Below, piece after piece: positions 8,477 through 17,451 of a stretch of 19,123 bases of DNA. Both the position numbers and the translations under genes were made by a program. Source of the stretch: Candidatus Heimdallarchaeota archaeon. Lineage in GTDB: Archaea > Asgardarchaeota > Heimdallarchaeia > Heimdallarchaeales > Heimdallarchaeaceae. Under the pieces are notes generated by a model. That model had not been told where the DNA came from and did not search any database. It saw nothing but the letters and a program-made list of their open reading frames with translations. Within the stretch, counting starts at the first letter, position 1. Every line of letters begins with the position of its first letter. The stretch lies in contig JAAFKJ010000093.1 in the NCBI GenBank assembly GCA_021399395.1, positions 1 to 19,123 on the forward strand, given 5' to 3'.

Positions 8477-8992
8477 TTATAGTAACTCTAATGAGCTTCT
8501 AATGTTTCTTAATTCTTGAATGGCTTTTCCCTTAGAATCTTTTTCTGTTGTAGATATGTCTATCAGTAAGAGAAAATCATTATGCTTGAGAGCAATCAAC
8601 TCAAAGATTCCCCTTACCCTCTCCTGAGGATTATCCCAAGAACCTGAGAAGAAATAAGTTTCTTTCTCCTTGAAATCAGTGATGTAATATTCATTTACTC
8701 TCATGATATCGCCAACATAGTATTTGTTAACGAGACGAGAACGCAGAACGGTAAGATACTCTAATGTGAGGGATTTATCGGTATAAGGTTGCCAGTAGAT
8801 AAAGAATAATCTGTTTGGTTTTAGACGCATAAAAGGTAGAAATGTGGTGTAATCTAGCCCCGGAAGTAAGTGTGCAAAATAACCAGAAGGGAAGCTAATC
8901 GAACCTATATAATCAATAAAGGTTTTCTTCTGTTTATTAGCTAAGTCTAGAGCTATACTTATCATCAGAACACTAAATGTTGGGACACTCAT
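8477..8992 (-). CDS. Hypothetical protein resembling the C-terminal half of DUF4837 (PsbP/Mog1-like)
   Basis: Pattern FFIYW.P...LT.E.L..LR....KYY.GD ... G.W.N....G.F ... ID......K...QEL..I recalled from memory; not searched. Confidence 0.5.
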   Translation of the reverse strand: MSVPTFSVLMISIALDLANKQKKTFIDYIGSISFPSGYFAHLLPGLDYTTFLPFMRLKPNRLFFIYWQPYTDKSLTLEYLTVLRSRLVNKYYVGDIMRVNEYYITDFKEKETYFFSGSWDNPQERVRGIFELIALKHNDFLLLIDISTTEKDSKGKAIQELRNIRSSLELL

Positions 8993-9271
8993 ATAGCTTG
9001 CGTAAATTCAATCTGATTATGGTTTTGCGAGTTCAGAACGTTAATAAATGTCTGAAAATAAGATGAAAAAAATTTTGTATTAGACTCCAAAAGCTTTTCG
9101 TCTTTTAACATAAATAATTGCAGATTTAGTGATATAACATGAAAACAAACAAAATATAGATGTGATACATTGAACTGCCGTAAAATCAATTTCTACGTGA
9201 TTTCATCAGGAGCATCGTTAACTCCACAGGGGGAAGGATTTGTTAAAAACTACACTTTAACCTGGAGTCTG

Positions 9272-9285
9272 AAAAAAAGTAAAAC
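9272..9285 (-). terminator. Putative T-tract terminator of copZ-copA
   Basis: TTTTACTTTTTTT on the minus strand 8-21 nt after the copA stop. Confidence 0.45.
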
Positions 9286-9292
9286 AAAGATA

Positions 9293-11632
9293 CTAGCTTG
9301 TTTCTTTTTTGACAAATGGATTCTTGTATCTCTTTAGAAGGAGTGAATTTGTTACTACTGAAACAGAAGACAGAGCCATAGCTAAACCTGCAATAACAGC
9401 TGGCAACAGAAAACCAACAGGAACAAGAATTCCAGCTGCAATTGGTATTCCAATAGTATTGTATGCAAGAGCCCAAAATAATCCCATTTTAACTCTCTGA
9501 ATAGTCTTTTTACTCAGATCGATAGCTGTGACTACATCTCGGAGATCGTCTTTTACAAGAACAATATCTCCTGTCTCTATTGCAACATCAGTGCCCGAAC
9601 CGATAGCTACTCCTACATCTGATTGTGCAAGCGCGGGTGAGTCGTTAACACCATCGCCCACAAATAGAACGGTATTATCTTCATTCTGATATTTAGTGAC
9701 AACTTCAACTTTTTGTTCAGGTAAAACCCCTGCATGTATTTCATCTATCCCTACTTGAAGACCTATTGCTTTTGCAGCTCGTTCATTGTCTCCAGTTACC
9801 ATTACAACTTTGATACCCATTTGTTTCAATACTTCAACGGCTTGTTTTGATGTGGGTTTGATTGTATCTGCAATAGCTATAATTCCTACTATTTCTTTAT
9901 CTTCAATAATCAACATGACAGTTTTTCCTTGCTCTTCTAATTCCACCATTTCATTCTCGATTTTTTCAGAGGTGTTTAGTTCTGCAAAGTCAACTATCTT
10001 ACGATTTCCTATGTAATATTTATTAGGATTAATTGAAGCTTCTATTCCTTTTCCAGGATAAGCTTTGAAATCAGTTATTTCTAGAAGCGCAATATTTTCT
10101 TCTTGAGCTTTCTGAACTATTGCTTTTGCAATAGAATGTTCCGAACCTTTCTCAAGAGAGGCTGAAATCTGTAACAATTTATTCTCAGTTAATTCTTTCT
10201 TTTGTGAAACAATATCAGTTACTTTTGGTGCTCCTTCAGTAATTGTTCCGGTTTTATCTAAGAGAACCACATTAGTTTTTCGTGCAATTTCTAGCGAATC
10301 ACCACTTCTTATTAATATCCCATTTGATGCTCCTAAACCAGTTCCCACCATAATTGCGGTAGGTGTAGCTAATCCTAAAGCACAAGGACATGAAATCACA
10401 ATAACTGTTATACCGATCAAAAATGCAAACAGAAATGTTGAAGAGATTCCAGAAGCAATTGTTTCAGGTAGATTTGCAAGTGCAATTACTCCTGTTTCTA
10501 GCAGAGTGAACCAAATTGCAAAGGTGATCAAAGCTATAATCAAAACTGCTGGTACAAACCAAGCTGAGATTCTATCCGCTAGCTTCTGGATGGGTATCTT
10601 TGAAGTCTGTGCTTCATCGACCATTTTTATGATTTGGTTAAGTGTTGTATCTGCACCTACTCTTGTTGTTCGCATCTTAAGGAAGCCATTTTCATTAATT
10701 GTTCCTCCTGTAAGATTAGCACCCTTCTCTTTGAATATTGGAACACTTTCTCCGGTTATCATGCTTTCATTCAAATAGGATTGTCCTTCAATTATTGTTC
10801 CATCAACAGGAACACTATCCCCGGGTTTGATAAGGCAGATATCATCTAGTTGAACATCATCAATTGGTATCACAATTTCTTTACCTTCTCTTTCAACAGT
10901 AGCTGTGTCTGGTCGAAGTTCGATTAATTTCTTTATTGCTTCTGAGGTTTTTCCTTTAGCTATTTCTTCTAGATATTTTCCTAGAAATATGAAAGTAAGT
11001 AGTATTGCTGATGTCTCAAAGAAGACTGCAACCGAATAAATCGGGTTATAGTAACTGTAAATCATAGAAAATAAACTGTAGAAATATGCAGCACTAGTTC
11101 CTAAAACAACTAAAACGTCCATTGATGCACTTTTGTTTATCAAACTCTTCCATGCAGCTTTGTAAAAAGTAAAAGCTATGATAAACTGTATAGGTGTTGT
11201 CAGGGCTAATTGGAGGAAATTTGAAAGCAACATCCCTGCAAATATCTCCTGAGTCATTAACCAATGGCTAAAAACTGGAAACCAATTATTGAATGGGTAC
11301 ATGTGTCCCATCGCAAAAACAAATACTGGTAGAGCAAGGATTAGACTAGCAAAGAATCTTCTTCTCATATCTATGAGTTGTTTGTTTTGCATGAAAGAAA
11401 GTTGATCAACTTCAAAAGATGCTTCATAACCTGCTTTCTTAACAGCTTTAAGAACATCTTTTTCCTTAACAGTCAAGGGATCATAAATAAGTCTAGCATT
11501 ATGACTAACAAGATTTACAGAAGCCGAATCAACTCCATCTACTGAAGCTAAAGCCTTCTCTATCCTAGAGACACATGCAGCACAAGTCATACCTTCAACA
11601 GATATTGTTCGCTTCTCTAACTCTTCACTCAT
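9293..11632 (-). CDS. copA: Cu(I)-translocating P1B-1 ATPase
   Basis: N-terminal GMTCAAC metal-binding domain, TGES, CPCALGLATP, DKTGT, GDGVND, and the YN plus MALSS Cu+ specificity motifs. Confidence 0.95.
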   Translation of the reverse strand: MSEELEKRTISVEGMTCAACVSRIEKALASVDGVDSASVNLVSHNARLIYDPLTVKEKDVLKAVKKAGYEASFEVDQLSFMQNKQLIDMRRRFFASLILALPVFVFAMGHMYPFNNWFPVFSHWLMTQEIFAGMLLSNFLQLALTTPIQFIIAFTFYKAAWKSLINKSASMDVLVVLGTSAAYFYSLFSMIYSYYNPIYSVAVFFETSAILLTFIFLGKYLEEIAKGKTSEAIKKLIELRPDTATVEREGKEIVIPIDDVQLDDICLIKPGDSVPVDGTIIEGQSYLNESMITGESVPIFKEKGANLTGGTINENGFLKMRTTRVGADTTLNQIIKMVDEAQTSKIPIQKLADRISAWFVPAVLIIALITFAIWFTLLETGVIALANLPETIASGISSTFLFAFLIGITVIVISCPCALGLATPTAIMVGTGLGASNGILIRSGDSLEIARKTNVVLLDKTGTITEGAPKVTDIVSQKKELTENKLLQISASLEKGSEHSIAKAIVQKAQEENIALLEITDFKAYPGKGIEASINPNKYYIGNRKIVDFAELNTSEKIENEMVELEEQGKTVMLIIEDKEIVGIIAIADTIKPTSKQAVEVLKQMGIKVVMVTGDNERAAKAIGLQVGIDEIHAGVLPEQKVEVVTKYQNEDNTVLFVGDGVNDSPALAQSDVGVAIGSGTDVAIETGDIVLVKDDLRDVVTAIDLSKKTIQRVKMGLFWALAYNTIGIPIAAGILVPVGFLLPAVIAGLAMALSSVSVVTNSLLLKRYKNPFVKKETS

Positions 11633-11684
11633 CTTATTTTCCCTATTGTTTTCAATTTTGAGTATCTACTAAATAAGTAGAAAA

Positions 11685-11906
11685 TTATGCAACAGCAGCT
11701 TTGTAACCTGCTGCTTCAACTGCTTTTATTAATTTTTCATCATTTGTTTTTCCAGGTTTGAAAAGAATTTTAGCTGAGTTAGTTTCAAGGTTCACTTCTA
11801 CTTCCTTCACTCCACTGATTTTCTTCAAAGCATTGGCAACAGTCATTTGACAATGACCACAAGTCATACCTTCAATATTAAGTTTAACTTCATTCATAAT
11901 AATCAA
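11685..11906 (-). CDS. copZ: Copper chaperone (HMA domain); true start probably ATG at 11897
   Basis: GMTCGHC and AVEAAGY; lies directly upstream of copA on the same strand. Confidence 0.9.
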   Translation of the reverse strand: MIIMNEVKLNIEGMTCGHCQMTVANALKKISGVKEVEVNLETNSAKILFKPGKTNDEKLIKAVEAAGYKAAVA

Positions 11907-12030
11907 GTAAAACGAGCAAACTAAGATATTTAATAACTAGCGTTGAACAAAAAAATACTCCTTCAGATTTTTGGTAGAAGGTTAGTTTTAAAGAGTTAAT
12001 CTCAAGTTAGATATAATTGAGGAGTCGAAA

Positions 12031-12972
12031 TTGTCAGAATTGATTAAAATAGCTGTAGCACAAATAGCACCTATATATCTAAACATAGAACTTACAGTAG
12101 AAAAAGCAGTAGAGAAGATCAAAGAAGCTGGAGAAAATAAAGCGGATTTAATCGTATTCCCTGAAGCATTTATTCCAGGGTATCCAGATTGGGTATGGGT
12201 AGTTCCAAATTACAAATCAGCTGTTCATAATGAGCTTTATTCCAAGCTATTAGATAATGCTATATCAATTCCAGATAAATATACAGAAATATTGTGTAAC
12301 GCAGCTAAAGAAGCAGGAATTCATGTAATTATGGGTGTTCAAGAAAGAAATTCTGAAGCTAGCAACAGTAGTTTGTTCAATACGCTCATTTTCATAGATA
12401 ACAAAGGAGAGATTCTGGGGAAACATCGAAAATTAATTCCTACAGGAGGAGAACGATTAGTTTGGGCTCAAGGAGATGGAAGCACTTTACAGGTTTTTGA
12501 CACTTCCTTAGGGAAAATCGGTGGATTGATTTGCTGGGAGAATTACATGCCTCTAGCAAGAAATGCCATGTATGCAGCAGGAGCTCAAATTCTTGTGACA
12601 CCAACATGGGATAAGAGTGAAAAATGGTTGCAGAGTTTACAACATATAGCTCGAGAAGGAGGATTGTTTGTAGTAAATTGTTGTACTCCTCTGAATAAAG
12701 CAGATATTCCAGATGATCTCAATTTTAAAGAGTTCTACCTTGATGAACGCGAGTGGATCAACACTGGTAACAGCTGTGTAATTAATCCTAAAGGCGATAT
12801 CATTGCTGGACCAATTAAGGAAAAAGAAGAAATACTTTATGCTGATATTGATCTAAAACAGATTTCAAGTTCTAAAAGATTGTTTGATGTTACAGGACAT
12901 TATTCTCGACCTGATGTATTCAAATTTGGTGTGAATCGCAAACCTAACAAGAATGTTGAAAGTATAGAATAG
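12031..12972 (+). CDS. Nitrilase (carbon-nitrogen hydrolase, branch 1)
   Basis: Glu-Lys-Cys triad in FPEAF, HRKLIPT and LICWENY; GHYSRPD; TTG start preceded by GAGGAG. Confidence 0.92.
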   Translation: MSELIKIAVAQIAPIYLNIELTVEKAVEKIKEAGENKADLIVFPEAFIPGYPDWVWVVPNYKSAVHNELYSKLLDNAISIPDKYTEILCNAAKEAGIHVIMGVQERNSEASNSSLFNTLIFIDNKGEILGKHRKLIPTGGERLVWAQGDGSTLQVFDTSLGKIGGLICWENYMPLARNAMYAAGAQILVTPTWDKSEKWLQSLQHIAREGGLFVVNCCTPLNKADIPDDLNFKEFYLDEREWINTGNSCVINPKGDIIAGPIKEKEEILYADIDLKQISSSKRLFDVTGHYSRPDVFKFGVNRKPNKNVESIE

Positions 12973-12985
12973 AACAGCGATGTGT

Positions 12986-13195
12986 TTAAACAAGCATAGC
13001 TGAAAAACCTAATGCGACAATAATTGCTTTAATTTTATATTTGGAAATTTTTTCTGGATTGATCTCCACTGTAGCTTTCTTTTCGGAGAAGCTAACTTCT
13101 GAAGAATCTACTCCTGATGTAAACCCGAGTGCAAGACCGATTTTTCTAGCACAATTTTTACAGTGTATATCAGGAATTTCATAAACACATTGCAT
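12986..13195 (-). CDS. Small HMA-domain (CxxC) metal-binding protein
   Basis: IPDIHCKNCARKI...GV....VSF....ATV...I...I..LGF; GTGAT just before the ATG. Confidence 0.78.
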   Translation of the reverse strand: MQCVYEIPDIHCKNCARKIGLALGFTSGVDSSEVSFSEKKATVEINPEKISKYKIKAIIVALGFSAMLV

Positions 13196-13266
13196 GTAAT
13201 CACTTCTGAATTAAGGTATCACCCCCCCTTTTTAAAGTAAGTGTTGTGCAAAAGAAAATAAGAGCA

Positions 13267-15048
13267 CTAAAATTTCAGGCTTTTATTCAGTTCAGACATC
13301 TTCGCTTTATCAAATTTCAATACTTCTCTATCATAGGTTAGAAGACCATTTATTTCTCCTTCAATATCGGTTGTCTGGGTGTAAACAGCTGCACTTAATC
13401 CTTCTGGAATGAGTTTCTTTGTCTCTTCTAAAATAATCTTATAATTAGCCCAAAGTTCTTCCATATCTGAAAATTTCTTGTAGGACCATTTGAATTTCTT
13501 ATTCCACATGTGATCTTTAACACTAAGACCTAATCCTCCAAATTCTCCAAGAACTGCAATCCTTTCCTCATTTTCTAAATCAGGAATCGCAGGACCAGGA
13601 TACTTGTGAATATCAACTATATCTCCAGTTTTCTTGTCCAACCAACCACTTGCACTGTTAATCAATCGAGTATTATCCAGAGCACCGATAAAATCAGTTA
13701 CTTTTCGAGCTTCAAATTGTCCCCATGCTTCGTTGAAAGGTACCCAAACAGCAATAGAAGGATGATTATAGAGAGAATCAATCATAGACTTTAATTCAGT
13801 GTAAAATTGATTTTTAACTGCTTTTCGTTTTCTCCCATTCCTCAGTTTGAGTTTTCCTCTCCATAGTAAATAACCAAAGATCCCATAAAACTCATGCCCA
13901 CCATTTGGCATGTCTTGCCAGACAGTCATTCCTAATCTATCACAGTGATAGTACCATCTAGCTGGTTCAGTTTTGAGGTGTTTTCGGATCATATTAAAAC
14001 CAAGTTCTTTGGTCATCTCAATGTCATACAATAATGCTTCATCTGTAGGAGCCGTGTAAAGTCCATCAGGCCAGTAACCTTGATCTAAGGTTCCATACAT
14101 GAAAAATGGATTGTTATTAAGTAAGATTCGGGGGATGTTGTTCTCATCTTTACCATAGGAAAATTCACGCATACCAAAGTAACTTGAAACCGCATCGATA
14201 GGTTCTCCTTTCCGATCTAATGAAAGATTGAGGTTATACAAAAATGGTTTTTCAGGTTGCCAGAGAATAGCTTCTGGAATATCTATTCTGACATTCTCAT
14301 CAACGTTACACTCAACTTTAGAAATAACTCTATCACTTGTTCGTACAACAGCTGTAACAGTATCTTCAGATTTGGTATTTACACAAGTAAGCTTGAGAGT
14401 AAGCTTCTCATTCTTAATATCAGGAATCATGAACAGTCTAGCAATTCTGCTTCTAGATACAGGTTCAAGCCACACAGTTTGCCAGATTCCAGAAACAGCG
14501 GTGTAGAATGCAGCAAAAGGCTTCAAAACTTGTTTTCCTCTTTCTTGTTTACCCCGATTAGTTGGATCCCATACTGAAATAACAATTTCATTCTCTTCTC
14601 TAAATTTCACATGTTTAGAAATTTCAAAAGAAAAAGGAGTATATCCTCCTCTGTGTTCGCCAACATGTTGATCATTCACCCATACTTGTGTTTTCCAATC
14701 AACTGCTCCAAAATGAAGTAAGAGATCTTGTCCTCTCAACGCTTCTGGGAGTTCAAAAGAACGACGATACCATAAGTTTTGATTTGGTTTAAGGTTCTTC
14801 TTGACTCCTGATAGAGCGGATTCAACTGCGAAAGGAACTAGAATTTTACCTTCATAAGAAGCAGGTTTACCATAGTTTCGAGGTAAAATAATGTAATCCC
14901 ACAATCCATTAAGATTTATCCAGGCATCTCTCTTAAACTGAGGACGAGGATACTCAGGTAAAGGTGATTCAGGGTCAACTTCTTTGAACCATCTTGAGAT
15001 AATTTCTCCTTCTATTGGAACCCAATCATCATACTGATTATCTGACAT
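13267..15048 (-). CDS. Glycoside hydrolase family 2 (beta-galactosidase/glucuronidase-like), cytoplasmic
   Basis: EYPRPQ..R..W.NLNG.W, LLHFGAVDW, H.GGYTPF, SGIWQTVWLE, LDQGYWPDG, FNEAWG (acid/base) and LGEFGG (nucleophile); no signal peptide. Confidence 0.92.
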   Translation of the reverse strand: MSDNQYDDWVPIEGEIISRWFKEVDPESPLPEYPRPQFKRDAWINLNGLWDYIILPRNYGKPASYEGKILVPFAVESALSGVKKNLKPNQNLWYRRSFELPEALRGQDLLLHFGAVDWKTQVWVNDQHVGEHRGGYTPFSFEISKHVKFREENEIVISVWDPTNRGKQERGKQVLKPFAAFYTAVSGIWQTVWLEPVSRSRIARLFMIPDIKNEKLTLKLTCVNTKSEDTVTAVVRTSDRVISKVECNVDENVRIDIPEAILWQPEKPFLYNLNLSLDRKGEPIDAVSSYFGMREFSYGKDENNIPRILLNNNPFFMYGTLDQGYWPDGLYTAPTDEALLYDIEMTKELGFNMIRKHLKTEPARWYYHCDRLGMTVWQDMPNGGHEFYGIFGYLLWRGKLKLRNGRKRKAVKNQFYTELKSMIDSLYNHPSIAVWVPFNEAWGQFEARKVTDFIGALDNTRLINSASGWLDKKTGDIVDIHKYPGPAIPDLENEERIAVLGEFGGLGLSVKDHMWNKKFKWSYKKFSDMEELWANYKIILEETKKLIPEGLSAAVYTQTTDIEGEINGLLTYDREVLKFDKAKMSELNKSLKF

Positions 15049-15144
15049 TGAACAAAATGGAAAGAAACAACTAGAAAAAGTTTATGGAGTTGAGAAACTT
15101 TCAGCAGTGAATCCTTGAACTTTATCTCCTCTCCTCCCATTTTT

Positions 15145-15266
15145 TTTAGCTTTAACCTTTCAGCTTAAGCTATTCACTTTTCACTTTCAAATTTCTACTT
15201 CAAAATTTGACATTTCAAAGAGAGCATTTCTAGCTTAAACTTGCGTTTCAGCCTCTTAAACTTCTG
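15145..15266. repeat. Degenerate ~7-bp periodic array (consensus ~TTTCAnn/TTAAnn) in the GH2/MFS divergent intergenic region
   Basis: TT(C/A/G)(A/T) cores at 15146, 15152, 15159, 15165, 15173, 15180, 15186, 15193, 15199, 15207, 15214, 15228, 15235, 15247, 15256 and 15262. Confidence 0.45.
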
Positions 15267-15332
15267 ATTTTTAAAATTCCTTAATAAAGGTGTCTTTTAC
15301 TGTAGTTCAACAAACAAGGAGAATTGAAAAAA

Positions 15333-15455
15333 ATGAAAACAGTCTCACAATCAAAGAAAATCCGAACAGTAAAAATTGAATATTGGGCATTTGGTGGTCA
15401 CTTCTTCTCATCACTGTCTAATAAGGTGACCAATAATAGTTCAATTAGAAAGTAA
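15333..15455 (+). CDS. Putative 40-aa leader peptide/uORF of the MFS gene
   Basis: MKTVSQSKKIRTVKIEYWAFGGHFFSSLSNKVTNNSSIRK*. AGGAG lies upstream (15317-15321), and the stop abuts GGGTG and is 10 nt from the MFS ATG. Below the ORF-track cutoff. Confidence 0.5.
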   Translation: MKTVSQSKKIRTVKIEYWAFGGHFFSSLSNKVTNNSSIRK

Positions 15456-15465
15456 GGGTGCTTCG

Positions 15466-16923
15466 ATGAAAAAAAACAAACAGGCAGAAACAGAAATTCA
15501 AAATGATTTACAAGCTGAGGAGAAGAAACCCAATCCTCTTACTTTACTAAGGAGTTGGAACTTCTCAGCCTTATTTCTTGGTGGTTTTATAAGTAATGTA
15601 GGCTCCTATTTTACTAGTGTTGCGATAATCTTTCTTGGTTTAGTTTTCACAAGCGGTTTATCAGAAAGTGAAGCAACAAGAGCTATTGCATTAATGACTA
15701 CCTTCACCTTACTCCCTATGTTGATCTTAGGACCAATAGCTGGAGTATTAGTAGACAAATTTGACAGAAAGAAAGTAATGGTCATCGCTGATGTATTAGG
15801 AGCTGTTGCTGCTTTTGGTTTGATTTTGGCTACTCAGATGTGGCATATATATCTTTTTGCTATCTTCAACTCATCTGTTAGACAATTCTTTTATCCAGCT
15901 AAAACAGCAAGTATTCCTAAATTAGTAAAACAAGATCAATTACTATCTGCGAATGGATTTATACAAACTACTAGCCAACTATCTAGATTAATAGGACCAC
16001 TTTTGGCAGGTTTCTTAATTGCTGCTGTTGGGTTTGATATCGCATTTATAGTTGATGGATGTTCTTACATTTTATCAGCAATATTATTATTAACTATAAG
16101 AGCTAATCTCAAACCTGAACAGGCAGAAGAAAAAATAACCATCAGGAGCGTTGGTACAGGTTTGAAAGAAGGTTTCAAACTTGCGTTTGGTGATAAGATA
16201 ATTACCTTTGTTATAATATTATTCTCCTTTACAATACTCATGATAGGAATGGTTGATCCGCTCATCGTCCCGTATATGAGTTTTGAATTCGGAATAGGTG
16301 AAGAACAATTCGGAATGATGATGAGTTTCGCAGCTATCAGCGGACTGATACTAGCGATTGTGATTTCAATTAAGGGACAAATGAAAAGAAAACTAACCTT
16401 TATGACTGTGACAATATTAATTGCAAGTTTCTGCCTTGCTTTTCTTGGATTAGCTCCCTTATTACCAGGAGGTGTAGCATGGATATGGGCAGGTATGATA
16501 TTAGTAGGAATGATAAATGTAGGATTCAACCTCCCATTTGCTACCCTTCTACAAAGAATTGTCCCAAACAAAGATTTAGGGAAAATTTCGGGAGTTATTG
16601 ACACAGTTATTACAGCTGCTTCAGTAACAGCATCAGGTATTGCAGCTGCTTTAGCAGGCGTTATTTCTACTAGTTGGATATTCATTATTCTAACAATTGC
16701 TATTGCAGCTGGTGGAATTGTAGGATTAGTTGTTATAAAATTTATGAATCTTGAACAGATTGCTCAACTCCGCGAAGAGAAAATGAAAGCAATCAAAGAG
16801 AGAGAAGAAGAGGAAAAGAAATCTAAAGAGAGAATTGTTGATTTCGACGAACAGGTACAGCTCACCTTAGACGAAATAAGATCTGAGGATCCTTTGCAGG
16901 CGCCTTATCCAACTCTAGATTAA
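15466..16923 (+). CDS. MFS transporter, DHA3/Mef(A)-like drug:H+ antiporter type, with charged C-terminal tail
   Basis: Motif A GVLVDKFDRKKVM, FFYPA..A.IP.LV....L..ANG, IGPLLAG, LQR.VP...LGKI.G; about 12 TM helices. Confidence 0.9.
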   Translation: MKKNKQAETEIQNDLQAEEKKPNPLTLLRSWNFSALFLGGFISNVGSYFTSVAIIFLGLVFTSGLSESEATRAIALMTTFTLLPMLILGPIAGVLVDKFDRKKVMVIADVLGAVAAFGLILATQMWHIYLFAIFNSSVRQFFYPAKTASIPKLVKQDQLLSANGFIQTTSQLSRLIGPLLAGFLIAAVGFDIAFIVDGCSYILSAILLLTIRANLKPEQAEEKITIRSVGTGLKEGFKLAFGDKIITFVIILFSFTILMIGMVDPLIVPYMSFEFGIGEEQFGMMMSFAAISGLILAIVISIKGQMKRKLTFMTVTILIASFCLAFLGLAPLLPGGVAWIWAGMILVGMINVGFNLPFATLLQRIVPNKDLGKISGVIDTVITAASVTASGIAAALAGVISTSWIFIILTIAIAAGGIVGLVVIKFMNLEQIAQLREEKMKAIKEREEEEKKSKERIVDFDEQVQLTLDEIRSEDPLQAPYPTLD

Positions 16924-16989
16924 CCTCTTCTTTTTCTTCTTATTGATTCAGTTAGTGAGACAGAATTGAAATCTTTTCTGAAAGAAATC

Positions 16990-17451
16990 TCATTCCATTT
17001 TTCTCAAAAGCTTTAAATCTACTTCCAGCTCATTCTTTATTAAAATAGAAATTTCCTTTGTAAATTCTTTTTCTTCCAAGAAATATACGGGAATACCATA
17101 CAGAACAGCTATTGAGAGGTTGAAGCAATCTGGAAGAGCAATTGGAATTTTACATTTGATTAAAGCAGCTAAATCATCAATTTCTTTGTCTCGAATTACT
17201 ACAAAATTACTTACTATATGATCTACGATTTCTTTAGCTTTTGACCAACCTTCTGTCCTACAAACAACATACAAGAGCTCTGTTTTTGTAAGAAATGAAA
17301 TATAAATCTGAGAAATTTGCTTATTTCTAAATAGATTTTTATCAAGAAATTCTTTGTATCCTCTTTGTTTAATATTATTTGAATCCATAGTAAGATATTC
17401 AATAATTAGACCTGTATCAACAACTGCTACTTTCTTCTGATCACTTCTCAT
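16990..17451 (-). CDS. vapC: PIN-domain protein (VapC-like toxin)
   Basis: VVDTGLII, TKTELLY, IALPDC and LEEKEF acidic positions; overlaps the upstream small gene by 11 nt. Confidence 0.8.
   Translation of the reverse strand: MRSDQKKVAVVDTGLIIEYLTMDSNNIKQRGYKEFLDKNLFRNKQISQIYISFLTKTELLYVVCRTEGWSKAKEIVDHIVSNFVVIRDKEIDDLAALIKCKIPIALPDCFNLSIAVLYGIPVYFLEEKEFTKEISILIKNELEVDLKLLRKME

Noticed and set aside
9183-9210. CTGATGA...GAAA on the minus strand suggesting a hammerhead ribozyme, fluoride riboswitch or C/D sRNA
   Set aside because: No stem II between CTGATGA and GAAA, no fluoride-riboswitch 5' GATGG motif or pseudoknot, and no suitably placed D box.
15084-15140. Purine/pyrimidine tract and possible GGAG/CTCC stem upstream of GH2
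   Set aside because: The pairings are short and ambiguous, and the SD-like GGAGGAG on the minus strand is too far (~80 nt) from the GH2 start.
1933-16685. Short overlapping or antisense ORFs (1933, 2691, 3797, 4290, 5600, 8989, 9243, 9309, 9786, 10506, 10634, 13606, 14228, 14257, 16065)
   Set aside because: They lie within, opposite or alongside well-supported genes and lack recognisable motifs or start signals.
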